The position numbers and the translations under genes are program-made. A stretch of 64,000 nucleotides of DNA. Source: a virus. Taxonomy: Duplodnaviria > Caudoviricetes. The stretch spans positions 1 to 64,000 of IMG/VR virus record IMGVR_UViG_3300049988_000286; one strand, 5' to 3'. Under the pieces are notes generated by a model, which saw only the letters and a program-made list of their open reading frames with translations, was not told the origin of the DNA and ran no database searches. Shown here piece by piece: positions 36,492-45,226 of this stretch; positions within the stretch are counted from its first letter, which is position 1, and every line of letters starts with the position of its first letter.

Positions 36492-36662
36492 ATGACCTAT
36501 ACCCAAACCGCTCCCGGTGGCGCGACGCGCGTTTTCGAGACCTTCATCGACGATGCGGGCTCGACGTGGCTGATCATCATCGAGGGGGAGGATCGGCATG
36601 AAATGTGCCTCAAGCCCAGCGATGTCATGGGTCTGGGGCGTATCTTGGGATTTGGGCGATGA
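36492..36662 (+). CDS. hypothetical protein
   Basis: 56 aa, coupled by ATGA to next gene. Confidence 0.5.
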   Translation: MTYTQTAPGGATRVFETFIDDAGSTWLIIIEGEDRHEMCLKPSDVMGLGRILGFGR

Positions 36663-37144
36663 AGCCCCTCTGGCTTTATCGCCCGCTCCTCAACATTCGC
36701 CCGGTGCTGGAATTTGCGCAACGCGTTGGCGTCACCAAAGTGATGCCGCCCGAGCATCTTCATGCCACGCTCGCGACCGTCCGTCCCCCGTGCGACTGGG
36801 ATGACCTCGCACTCGAAACCGACGAGATCATCATCCCGGCGGGGATGAAGAAAATCCAGATTTTCGGCTTCCACGCCAAGGGACTGACCTTCGGCCACGA
36901 GCGGTTCTCCTCTCGCCATGCCGAGTTGGCGCGCCTCTACCCTGCGATGGATCACGCCTCGTTGCTGCGTCCCCACGTCACCCTCTACCGTGGGGGCAAG
37001 ATGCCGCGCGGAGATGTCGGCTACGAGGGTGAACTTGTTTTCGGTCCCGAGATCGCCGTTGAATTCGATGAGGTAGAAGCGCGTGGCATCAAGCACGTCA
37101 AACTCGCCGATTACCTTAATGCACGCGAGGACGCCTCGGTGTAG
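36659..37144 (+). CDS. 2H phosphodiesterase, Acb1/T4 gp57B-like
   Basis: LYRPLLN...PEHLHATL...CDWD...LLRPHVTL; two HxT motifs. Confidence 0.75.
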   Translation: MKPLWLYRPLLNIRPVLEFAQRVGVTKVMPPEHLHATLATVRPPCDWDDLALETDEIIIPAGMKKIQIFGFHAKGLTFGHERFSSRHAELARLYPAMDHASLLRPHVTLYRGGKMPRGDVGYEGELVFGPEIAVEFDEVEARGIKHVKLADYLNAREDASV

Positions 37145-37153
37145 GTTCGTGGT

Positions 37154-37759
37154 ATGACCATCAATCAAGAACTCGTCGTCTACGACGCCGCTCTCCGCGC
37201 TGACTCTACCCTTCACGATCAGATGATCGAGCATGGCGGTGTCTCCGCCCCTGTGCGGCACCTCGCCGGGGCTGATGTCCCAGATGAGTATTTCAGTGAG
37301 GCGATCAGCGCGATGGTGCAGGAGACCATCGTCATGCTGTTCTACGATCTCCACCGTGCTGCTCGACGACTACGACCCACTGCGACGCTGAATTGGTCGG
37401 CTACCTTCTCCGACGAGATAGAGCTTAAATCCATCCCGGCAAAGATGGTACTAACCGCCAAGGCCTTGAGCGATGATGCCATCTTCGTCGTATCTCCGAC
37501 TGTTCTCACGATCGTTCAGTCCGCTGGTGCATTGCAGCGAGTAGAGAATATGCGCCGCGACGAGAATGAATACTCGATCTCTGGTCACCGAGTATTCATC
37601 GACCCCTATGCTGATGATCAAGCAGCCATCATCGTGGCACAGCGGGGCTGGTTCCATTTCAGCAATGGTTCAATCCACAGTGATGGGCTCATGATGAAAA
37701 ACGACATCGTGACCTCGCTGGTCCCCGATCGTATTGCCATTATCGATCTGGTGCAGTAA
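37154..37759 (+). CDS. truncated T4 gp23/gp24-like capsid-fold paralogue (tentative)
   Basis: TLNWSATFSDEIE, AIFVVSPTVLTIVQSAG, GHRVFIDPYADD resemble the C-terminal half of gp23. Confidence 0.45.
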   Translation: MTINQELVVYDAALRADSTLHDQMIEHGGVSAPVRHLAGADVPDEYFSEAISAMVQETIVMLFYDLHRAARRLRPTATLNWSATFSDEIELKSIPAKMVLTAKALSDDAIFVVSPTVLTIVQSAGALQRVENMRRDENEYSISGHRVFIDPYADDQAAIIVAQRGWFHFSNGSIHSDGLMMKNDIVTSLVPDRIAIIDLVQ

Positions 37760-37805
37760 CGCCGTGGTGTTGCACCGGGCACCCCGAGATACGTGAGGCT
37801 AGCGT

Positions 37806-38078
37806 ATGCAAGGTTTGAGAGAGGCTCCAAGCCCGGCCGATCAGGGATCAAATCCTGAACTGGAGCGGTTCGATTCCGTAGATGCTTCACCATTCCAAAT
37901 CGATCTCGGCATCGACGCCAATGGCCAGATCATGCAATTCAGTGATTTTCAAAGGCAGAGATCGGCTGTCTTGCAATGGTGCAATGATAATTTACCCGCA
38001 GGGTCTTGGCGCTACGGCTACCAAGCGCTTTTACTCGATCGTGAGCAAGACTATATACTCTATACATTAAGCTTTTAG
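37806..38078 (+). CDS. FxxExDA-family protein (start uncertain)
   Basis: WCNDNL...LLDREQDYILYTLSF. Confidence 0.55.
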   Translation: MQGLREAPSPADQGSNPELERFDSVDASPFQIDLGIDANGQIMQFSDFQRQRSAVLQWCNDNLPAGSWRYGYQALLLDREQDYILYTLSF

Positions 38079-38174
38079 GAGGTTGTTTATGTCATCGCGG
38101 GACGCCGGTTAAGTAAAAGGTTTCAGAAGATCGCTCCCCTCTACGCGTATTTCGCGCGTGATTGGCAGCACTGT

Positions 38175-38480
38175 ATGGACTTCACCCCATACGCTCTGCA
38201 AGACCTCTACGTCTATGAGAGCACAGGTCGCGGTCATGTTTGCGCGTGCAACGGTTACGCACACGGCAAAAAGATGATGGATGTAAACCTCGCACAATGG
38301 CGCGAGGACATGTGGAAGACACTTTGGCCATGGGAACTCTACGAAGACCCCCATCTGCCTGATTGGTGGCTGGACAAAGTATTGGGGTTCGAGGGGAGTC
38401 GCCTCTATGGTGTTGACTCCCTTGATCGTCATCCTATACTTGGGACAGCACAGGTGCCGTCCATAGGTGAGACGGAATAG
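38175..38480 (+). CDS. hypothetical protein
   Basis: 101 aa, Trp-rich. Confidence 0.55.
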   Translation: MDFTPYALQDLYVYESTGRGHVCACNGYAHGKKMMDVNLAQWREDMWKTLWPWELYEDPHLPDWWLDKVLGFEGSRLYGVDSLDRHPILGTAQVPSIGETE

Positions 38481-38491
38481 AGGGGGCGGAG

Positions 38492-39121
38492 ATGTTCGGA
38501 CAGTATCGCTCCCTTACCGTCAAAGAGGGACTCGGCTGGCTCAAGACTGGTGCCCCTTCACGCGAGACGATGCTCCTGCCGCACCCCACGGACTATTTCG
38601 ATCTCGACTTTGAGGAGCACGCATCCCGCTACAGGATGCGGGGTAGCTGGGTCCATACCTTGAGTTTCGCCATCCCCTGCCTTGAAGCGATGGAGTGCCT
38701 GAAGGCGCGTTCCGTTGTCGAGGTCGGCGCTGGGACTGGCTACTGGTCGTCCCTCATTGCCCTGCATGGCGGGGATATCATCGCGACCGATATCGAGACA
38801 GGCATATCAGGTTACCGGCACCACATCGGGGCCTTTCATGGTGTGGAGCAACTCTCCGCCACCGAAGCCGCTACCCGCTACCCGGATCGTGATGTCCTTA
38901 CCGTGTGGCCCAATTACGACGAGTCGTGGGCCTATGAGATGGCGTGCACGATTGAGGGAGATCGTCTGCTACATTACGTGGGTGAGGGTTACGGAGGCTG
39001 CACCGCCGACGATGATTTTCACACGCTGATGTCGCGAGAGTTCGATCAGATATCAGAGGTTGCAATTCCGCAGTGGGAGGGTATTCACGATTATCTGACC
39101 ACCTATCGGCGGAAGCGCTGA
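38492..39121 (+). CDS. class I SAM-dependent methyltransferase
   Basis: VVEVGAGTGYW motif I; IIATD; LLHYVGE. Confidence 0.8.
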   Translation: MFGQYRSLTVKEGLGWLKTGAPSRETMLLPHPTDYFDLDFEEHASRYRMRGSWVHTLSFAIPCLEAMECLKARSVVEVGAGTGYWSSLIALHGGDIIATDIETGISGYRHHIGAFHGVEQLSATEAATRYPDRDVLTVWPNYDESWAYEMACTIEGDRLLHYVGEGYGGCTADDDFHTLMSREFDQISEVAIPQWEGIHDYLTTYRRKR

Positions 39122-39123
39122 AC

Positions 39124-39199
39124 GGTCCCGAAGCTCAACTGGATGAGCGGCCGAATCCTAGTCGGAAGGTTGCGGGTTCGAGTCCCGCCGGGACCGCCA
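39124..39199 (+). tRNA. tRNA-Arg(CCT)
   Basis: GGTCCCG/CGGGACC-G-CCA; CCGA-ATCCTAG-TCGG; GCGGG-TTCGAGT-CCCGC. Confidence 0.88.
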
Positions 39200-39213
39200 A
39201 CACGGAGAAGCAT

Positions 39214-39366
39214 GTGGCGACGGCAACGATCACCTTGACGGTCACCGGTGACATCACCGATGTGCGCAGCCTTGAGACGCCCGCCCTCGCCGCGATGTTG
39301 GCCAAACTCCCCAATGTAGCGGAAGTGCAATGCACGGTTAGGATCGCGGATGAAGATCACGAGTGA
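39214..39366 (+). CDS. hypothetical protein
   Basis: SD GGAG, GTG start, 50 aa. Confidence 0.45.
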   Translation: MATATITLTVTGDITDVRSLETPALAAMLAKLPNVAEVQCTVRIADEDHE

Positions 39367-39808
39367 ATCACCCGGAGACTTCGAATCTTCGATCGATCGC
39401 TTCTGCGAGCATCTCCTTACGCTTGAAGGGCCTCTCAAGGTCTCTGGATCGGTTCGGGTCTCTGATGGCCAAGCGACCCTCCTCGGGAGCATCGAACCCT
39501 ATCAGTCGATTCCGGGCTTTCAGTATTTCTACACCAAGGATTGGCCGTGTGGCGATCGTATCTTTGACGTGTCAGAGACGATCAACTTTCGCCTTCTCGA
39601 AGAGGGCAGGTTGGTTTGGTTCTGTATGCCCAGACAGCCACCGTGCACTCATGTCCTGACTCTCGTTTATGGCGTTTGGGCGCACAACAAAGAGCCGGTC
39701 CATAATCGCTTCGCTTTCCGGGGCAGCGACGAGGAGGCCTTTGTTCTCGCGCTCCAATACGGAGCACGCTTACAAAAGGCTTGCGACTTCTTTCGAACTG
39801 TGAGATAA
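39350..39808 (+). CDS. protein with C-terminal FxxExDA-like motif
   Basis: FAFRGSDEEAFVLALQYG. Confidence 0.55.
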   Translation: MKITSESPGDFESSIDRFCEHLLTLEGPLKVSGSVRVSDGQATLLGSIEPYQSIPGFQYFYTKDWPCGDRIFDVSETINFRLLEEGRLVWFCMPRQPPCTHVLTLVYGVWAHNKEPVHNRFAFRGSDEEAFVLALQYGARLQKACDFFRTVR

Positions 39809-39880
39809 ACGCTTATCAGGAGAATAGGCATGAAGTACTGGATCGCCGACGCCCACTAGGTAACCTAGTGGAGAAAACCA

Positions 39881-40372
39881 ATGAACTACACCTACCCCCT
39901 CATCGCAACCTCGCGTAGCAATGAGACCCGCATCTTCCGTGATGCCGATACTTTTCTCGCATTCGCCCGTGACCGTCGCAACGGCGGCGTCGGGGCTTAC
40001 TGGCTAGAGGCTCGCGTCAACCTCTTCAGCGGGAAGAGCCCAAAGCTCTTCCGGGCCTCCGAAGGTGGTCTCTTCGATCGCTGGCGCGAGACCACTCGCA
40101 ACGAGTGGATCGTTCGCGACGATCGTGGTCGTGTTGTTGATCGCGCCGAGATCGCCGCCGCGAAGGGCGACGGTCCCCGTCGCTACTACCGCTACCGCGC
40201 GGATGTCGTCCTCGCTGCCAAGCTGGGGCTCCCCATCCCCGGCACGAGCAATCGTCGCGGTGGCAACAAGCGCTACAGCAAGAACGGGCGCAACGGCACC
40301 TACAACCGCGACAAGGGCCTGTTCCTCTTCGAGGACAACGAGATCGCTCGCGGCAACTTTACTGACCTCTGA
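39881..40372 (+). CDS. hypothetical basic protein
   Basis: SD GGAG, 163 aa, followed by terminator. Confidence 0.7.
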   Translation: MNYTYPLIATSRSNETRIFRDADTFLAFARDRRNGGVGAYWLEARVNLFSGKSPKLFRASEGGLFDRWRETTRNEWIVRDDRGRVVDRAEIAAAKGDGPRRYYRYRADVVLAAKLGLPIPGTSNRRGGNKRYSKNGRNGTYNRDKGLFLFEDNEIARGNFTDL

Positions 40373-40373
40373 C

Positions 40374-40397
40374 AGGTGGCCTTCGGGCCACCTTTTT
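40374..40397 (+). terminator. intrinsic terminator
   Basis: AGGTGGCC-TTCG-GGCCACCT then TTTT. Confidence 0.85.
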
Positions 40398-40433
40398 CTT
40401 TACAGAGTTCGTTTCCCAGTATAGAGACAGGGT

Positions 40434-40784
40434 ATGAAGGATAAAGTCTACACCCTGACCGAACTCATTCCGATATCGGTGGTCTGGGTCTTCACCTTCA
40501 TCGACGGCATGGCAGAATTGTTCATAGACCGCGCGCTGCCCTTTCCCTGCTATCCCGCGATCTTCTTCATCATGTGCGTGATCGTCAACGGCGTAGCGGC
40601 AATGAGGTTTTCGGGGAAGGTTGGGCGGTGCTCGCGCGACCCGTTATGCATCAAGGTCGATGATCGCCCCACGGGTGTGGAGGGACATATGATCCACTTC
40701 TTCGACGGCGATGAGCCGATCGCCAAATTCTTTCGGTACCGGGACGATCAGGAGCGGGTCATGCACCGCTTGTCCGAGAACTGA
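40434..40784 (+). CDS. membrane protein
   Basis: Two N-terminal TM segments. Confidence 0.6.
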   Translation: MKDKVYTLTELIPISVVWVFTFIDGMAELFIDRALPFPCYPAIFFIMCVIVNGVAAMRFSGKVGRCSRDPLCIKVDDRPTGVEGHMIHFFDGDEPIAKFFRYRDDQERVMHRLSEN

Positions 40785-40813
40785 AAAGCCCGGAATCGCT
40801 TCCGGGCTCCTCG

Positions 40814-40999
40814 TTACTTCTTCTTGGCGGTAGACTTCGTGTCGCTGTCCCGATCCTGCATCGACACCCCTGCCTCGCGGTTTTCCTTCAGCCGACCATC
40901 ATGGGCGGCGTCAGTGACCTTGCCTTGACCGTTGTCGTCGTAACGGCGATCGTGCTCGCCATCGATCCGGGTCTGCTCTTGCGCGCGATTGGTCATCAT
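40814..40999 (-). CDS. small hydrophilic protein
   Basis: SD GGAG; 61 aa, charged. Confidence 0.5.
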   Translation of the reverse strand: MMTNRAQEQTRIDGEHDRRYDDNGQGKVTDAAHDGRLKENREAGVSMQDRDSDTKSTAKKK

Positions 41000-41097
41000 A
41001 TCGTCTCCAAGGCCTCATCGGTGAGGCAGGGGAGAAGCGCATCTGCGAGTAAGGTGTTCCCGCCTCGGAGTTGTTTTTACCTTGGGGTAACTTGCGT

Positions 41098-41589
41098 TTA
41101 CTGTGTGAGTTCTACCAAGGGATGATCGAACAACATCTCGTAATCGCCGTCATCGCGCAAATCGTAGAACACACTGGCGTCGATCTCGATGCGGACTAGG
41201 AACCGTGAGAGCGGTGCAATCCCAGTATCGGTGAGGACAAATTCCTCCGACTCTTCGCGACGACGCTCTGGATGGGCACCGTGGTGGTGCGACATGAAGT
41301 CGATCGGCACGAGGCGAAAGCGCTGTCGCAGACGCCGCTGATCGAACACGAACACGACATCCTGTCCCCACGTTCGAGCAAAATCTCGTGAGCGCGACAT
41401 GGAGACGCCGGTGACTTGCTGTCCGCCCGTCGTCTTGTCGCCACCGTGGATCATCAGGTTACGACGGGTCTGTGACGTGCGGGCATCTAGACGATCACTC
41501 TCGATGATCCGCAAAGCACTCATCGCATTGGTGCCGTGATAGAGGTAATCGGGGCGAACGCTGGCTTCGAAGAGATCGGACAGGAGCAT
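41098..41589 (-). CDS. putative ADP-ribosyltransferase-fold late protein
   Basis: LYHGT, GVSMSRS, REESEEFV; CTAAATA-N4-ATG; MLLSDLFEAS. Confidence 0.55.
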   Translation of the reverse strand: MLLSDLFEASVRPDYLYHGTNAMSALRIIESDRLDARTSQTRRNLMIHGGDKTTGGQQVTGVSMSRSRDFARTWGQDVVFVFDQRRLRQRFRLVPIDFMSHHHGAHPERRREESEEFVLTDTGIAPLSRFLVRIEIDASVFYDLRDDGDYEMLFDHPLVELTQ

Positions 41590-41596
41590 GTCCTAT

Positions 41597-42265
41597 TTAG
41601 GACGCTTTCCGATCCACGGTGTAGAAGAGGTGGGTGGCGAACCGGACGATTGGCTTGATGCCGCGTGCCCACGAGGGGTTCACCGCTCGGGTGTGATAGA
41701 AGAGCGCTCCGCGCGTCGTGTCCTTGATGCGGCCGGTGAGCAGCCCCTTGGCGATCTTCTTGGTTTCCAGCCAGCGATCGTAGTCAAGGCTATCATGGGA
41801 GAGTTGTGCGATGTTACGCATCTGGTTGCGGCCGGGATCGCTCTCGTTCCAGCATGAGAAGGCGTAGGGCTTGAGCAACACGGCCGACAGCGTTGAGCCG
41901 AAATTGCGCGATGATGCCAGCCGGTTCAATGCGACATTTCCCACGGCAGTCATTCCCTTCCGACCCGTCGAGCGTCCCTCGCACCACATCGTAAGACGCA
42001 AGAGGCGCTCCTCCGCCGCAGTGTAGCGCGTCTTGAGCGCCACCACCTTGGCCGCGAGGGGCTTCTTGGCGCGCGGCTTTCTCGGCGTCGTCTCCGGGAT
42101 GATCTGGGTGACCGCCCGGCCCAAATACACCGGCACAGGCTTCTCGCGCGGTGCCGCCTCGGTGCGATACGCCATCACGGCGAGACCCAACATATACACG
42201 GCGACGGCGGCTTCGGATTTGCTCAACAACATACGGCCTCTCAATATATCGAACTGCTTAACCAT
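41597..42265 (-). CDS. cell wall hydrolase (SleB/Hydrolase_2)
   Basis: N-terminal TM; TMWCEGRS, AVGNVALNR, YAFSCWN, ALFYH, PSWA, HLFY. Confidence 0.88.
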   Translation of the reverse strand: MVKQFDILRGRMLLSKSEAAVAVYMLGLAVMAYRTEAAPREKPVPVYLGRAVTQIIPETTPRKPRAKKPLAAKVVALKTRYTAAEERLLRLTMWCEGRSTGRKGMTAVGNVALNRLASSRNFGSTLSAVLLKPYAFSCWNESDPGRNQMRNIAQLSHDSLDYDRWLETKKIAKGLLTGRIKDTTRGALFYHTRAVNPSWARGIKPIVRFATHLFYTVDRKAS

Positions 42266-42321
42266 AGTTCGTTCGGTATTGCAAGCTGTGGTTGATAAAG
42301 GGTTAACCGTGTAAATAGGTG

Positions 42322-42783
42322 ATGGTCTTCGACATCATCATGGGCTGGCTGATCGCCGATGCGTTGAGCGGCCTCCTCCACTACGTCCTCGATCATTTCG
42401 GGACCGCCGATACTAACGCGACAGCGAGCATCAGCGACGGTCCCCAGAAGATCAACCAGAGGAGGGCAACCATCCAAACCGCCAGCCATGTGTTGATGTG
42501 GCGAGCAAGGAAACCCCATTGTGTGAAGGCGAGCGGGCGATCGTGATGCTCACGGGCGAACCGTATCGCTCTCTTTCCCACAATCGGAGTTGGCGGCATG
42601 GTCTCCCCCTCTGTGCATTATTGGGCTCATTGCCCCCGCTACGCGCCCCGGTGGGCACGATGGCTCCAACGCTGGGGCGTCTTCCAATCGCCGCGCGGTC
42701 ACGCCCGTCACCATCGCCCTCCCTACACGGCTCATTACTGCGTGCTCACCGACTGGTTGAATCGATTATTGACCCGAAACTAA
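42322..42783 (+). pseudogene. CarF/TMEM189/FAD4-type lipid desaturase interrupted by a 173 bp internal inversion (42415-42587)
   Basis: Plus-strand ADALSGLLHYVLDHFGTADT, minus-strand PIVGK...REHH...TM segment, plus-strand HYWAH...HARHH...YCVLTDWLN. Re-inverting restores one 153 aa ORF. Confidence 0.85.
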
Positions 42784-42802
42784 CCGGGGTCTACACTCCC
42801 GC

Positions 42803-43456
42803 ATGTTTCTCAAATTCCTCGATCTTTCCCTCGCTAGCCGTGTTTTTGTGGTTGGTGATATCCACGGTGAGTTCACCATTTTGGATGACCGCCTCGCCGA
42901 TCTCAAATTTGATTATGAGCGCGATCGACTGTTGAGCGTCGGCGATCTCGTTGATCGCGGACCCGAGTCGGAACGGGCGATCGAATACGCGGTGCAGCCG
43001 TGGTTCGATCATGTTCGTGGCAACCACGAGGAATTGTGCGAAGGCGCGCTGCGCGGCGACATGTGGCAGATGCATCGCAAGAATGGCGGCATGTGGTTCG
43101 ACCTGTTGAGCGATGACGATCGCCGGGAGCATTCCCGCATCCTTAACAATGCTCCCGTGGCTATCGAGGCGCTACTTCCGAGTGGACGGCGGATTGGCGT
43201 TGTTCACGCCGATATTCCGACCAATGACTGGGACGATATGCGCAACCTCGCGCCCGAGATGGAGCGGAGTTGGACGCGCTGGTGCATGTGGAACCGTGAT
43301 CGTCTCTCGAACCCACCCCTAGATGGTATTCGGAATATCGATCACGTCTACTTCGGCCATACCCCGAAGAAGAGCGTCTATCGGGTAGGCAACACATCGT
43401 GGATCGACACGGGCGCTTTCGCTACAAAGAACTTGACGGTGCTCGAAATCAAATAA
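42803..43456 (+). CDS. metallophosphoesterase (lambda NinI/PPP-like)
   Basis: VVGDIHGE, VGDLVDRG, VRGNHE, VVHAD, FGHTP, IDTGA. Confidence 0.9.
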   Translation: MFLKFLDLSLASRVFVVGDIHGEFTILDDRLADLKFDYERDRLLSVGDLVDRGPESERAIEYAVQPWFDHVRGNHEELCEGALRGDMWQMHRKNGGMWFDLLSDDDRREHSRILNNAPVAIEALLPSGRRIGVVHADIPTNDWDDMRNLAPEMERSWTRWCMWNRDRLSNPPLDGIRNIDHVYFGHTPKKSVYRVGNTSWIDTGAFATKNLTVLEIK

Positions 43457-43898
43457 GGGGATCGAACCACAGGACGCCGGGGTCTTGCCGTCTCGGGGAG
43501 GTGATGGTGACCATGAGGGGCAGGTGGCAGCGAAGGCGTAACAGCCAAGCGCTGCTTTCCTCTGTCTGGAACGCGAAGAGCAACGCGCTGCGCTGTTCAA
43601 AACTGAATAGTGCCTCTCCGCAAAACTCGCGGATGAGTTCCGGAAAAGACGAGGCGTTCCAGATGTGTCGCCCCACCCGTTCCAAATAAGTCTCGTCCTC
43701 GGTCGCCTCATAGATGCGAAGGCTCGCCGCAATCGCCTGATCGGTCGAGATGGCTTCAAGAAAGTCGCGATCACGGGCGAGATCGATCTCTACATCTACC
43801 AGCATGGAGTATTTATAAATACGGGATGCGCATCGTTGAAATCCGCTCAAATCCTGATCTGAATCCCAAGGTGAGCGTGCTCGACATGCTTCGACCAT
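43449..43898 (-). CDS. protein with C-terminal FxxExDA-like motif
   Basis: FAFQTEESSAWLLRLR; start uncertain. Confidence 0.5.
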   Translation of the reverse strand: MVEACRARSPWDSDQDLSGFQRCASRIYKYSMLVDVEIDLARDRDFLEAISTDQAIAASLRIYEATEDETYLERVGRHIWNASSFPELIREFCGEALFSFEQRSALLFAFQTEESSAWLLRLRCHLPLMVTITSPRRQDPGVLWFDPLI

Positions 43899-44968
43899 AC
43901 CGGGATCGCGAAGATGCTTTCGTATCTTTCACAAAAATAGAGAAGCTAGGCATAAACCCAAACAGCGCATTCTCGACGCCCGTGGGCATCTACTGCTATC
44001 CCTTGAAGGAGATGTGGTCGATGTATGTCGAGGATCGCGAGCACACGATTGCCCACGATTCGGACGGTATCGGAAAGCTTGTGCCCTTCGCTGGTCAGCA
44101 GCCGTTCGTCACCCTATTCTCCTGCCCGCCGCAGGAGGGTTTGATCAACGACATCGGCGATGTCACACAAGCTGACTTCGATGCCGCCGTGGAAAAAATC
44201 GTCCCAATCTATTCCGACTGGGTGGATCGCACTATGCCGAACTATCGCCAGACGATGCAGAAGCATAGTGATGAATCGATGGACGAGATGTCGAGAAAGG
44301 CAATCACGGGAATCATCAAGGATGGTATGACCTCCTATGGCGCTAATAACAAGACACCCGGTGGACTGCTCTGGTATCTGACTTGGAAACTCTCTAACTC
44401 AATGAGTGGTATCGAGCGCGACCGAGGACTTGCGCGTAATACCGATAATCGCGTGGCGTTTATCTGGAACGCATTGATGCGTCGCATCGGGATCATTGGC
44501 ATCTGTGATCGTAATGGCAAGGGGGTGATCCACGTCGCCGAACCGATGCAAGCCGTGTTCTTCTCGCTGAAGGGACTGCGCGTCATCGCTCGCTTCAACA
44601 ACAAGCACGTGAGCGATGAGCGCAATGCTCATGCCAAAGCAAGAGGTTTGGTGAATACTCAACGTAAACGTAGTCGCGAAGCGGTGTTGTCTTTTGTCGA
44701 AAACAAGCTTTTTGGCCAGCGAATCGATCTTCCCGCAGACGCGAATGTGGTGATCGAACAAGTCCGTGCGTGGCGAGCCGCCAACGGCTTTCCTTCTCAA
44801 CCGGTTACGCGACATCATCTTGTCAGCGAAATCTGCAAACACCTTCCCGGTGTCGAAACCGATACTCTTCTTGTGATGACTGCTGTCCGAGCGATTGATA
44901 ATATCTTTCATGAGGACACAACCGATGGGCAGTTGTCTATCTGGCACGCTATTATTGAAAACGAGTAA
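43826..44968 (+). CDS. 380 aa late protein, putative virion internal protein
   Basis: ATAAATA-N4-ATG; MRIVEIRS. Confidence 0.7.
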   Translation: MRIVEIRSNPDLNPKVSVLDMLRPYRDREDAFVSFTKIEKLGINPNSAFSTPVGIYCYPLKEMWSMYVEDREHTIAHDSDGIGKLVPFAGQQPFVTLFSCPPQEGLINDIGDVTQADFDAAVEKIVPIYSDWVDRTMPNYRQTMQKHSDESMDEMSRKAITGIIKDGMTSYGANNKTPGGLLWYLTWKLSNSMSGIERDRGLARNTDNRVAFIWNALMRRIGIIGICDRNGKGVIHVAEPMQAVFFSLKGLRVIARFNNKHVSDERNAHAKARGLVNTQRKRSREAVLSFVENKLFGQRIDLPADANVVIEQVRAWRAANGFPSQPVTRHHLVSEICKHLPGVETDTLLVMTAVRAIDNIFHEDTTDGQLSIWHAIIENE

Positions 44969-44989
44969 ACCCTCCCCTATAACACCCTC

Positions 44990-45175
44990 ATGGCAAAACA
45001 ATTCTGGGTTCGTGGCGGTATCTACCGCGATACTGATTTCTCCGATCTCATCGAGGGCACCGAGGAGTGTTACGGTCCCTTCCCCAGCGAGGAGGAGGCT
45101 GCGGTTGAGTGGAGTGGGCGCGCCCGCGCCAATATCGATATCTGCTGCCACCGGTTGACTATCGAGTCCGAATAA
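44990..45175 (+). CDS. DUF4170-like protein
   Basis: WVRGGIYRDTDF...YGPFPSEEEA...W. Confidence 0.65.
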   Translation: MAKQFWVRGGIYRDTDFSDLIEGTEECYGPFPSEEEAAVEWSGRARANIDICCHRLTIESE

Positions 45176-45226
45176 AGCTTGACGAACTGCGGCCGTGATG
45201 GCAAGTCGAGGTCAGGAGACCTTGCT

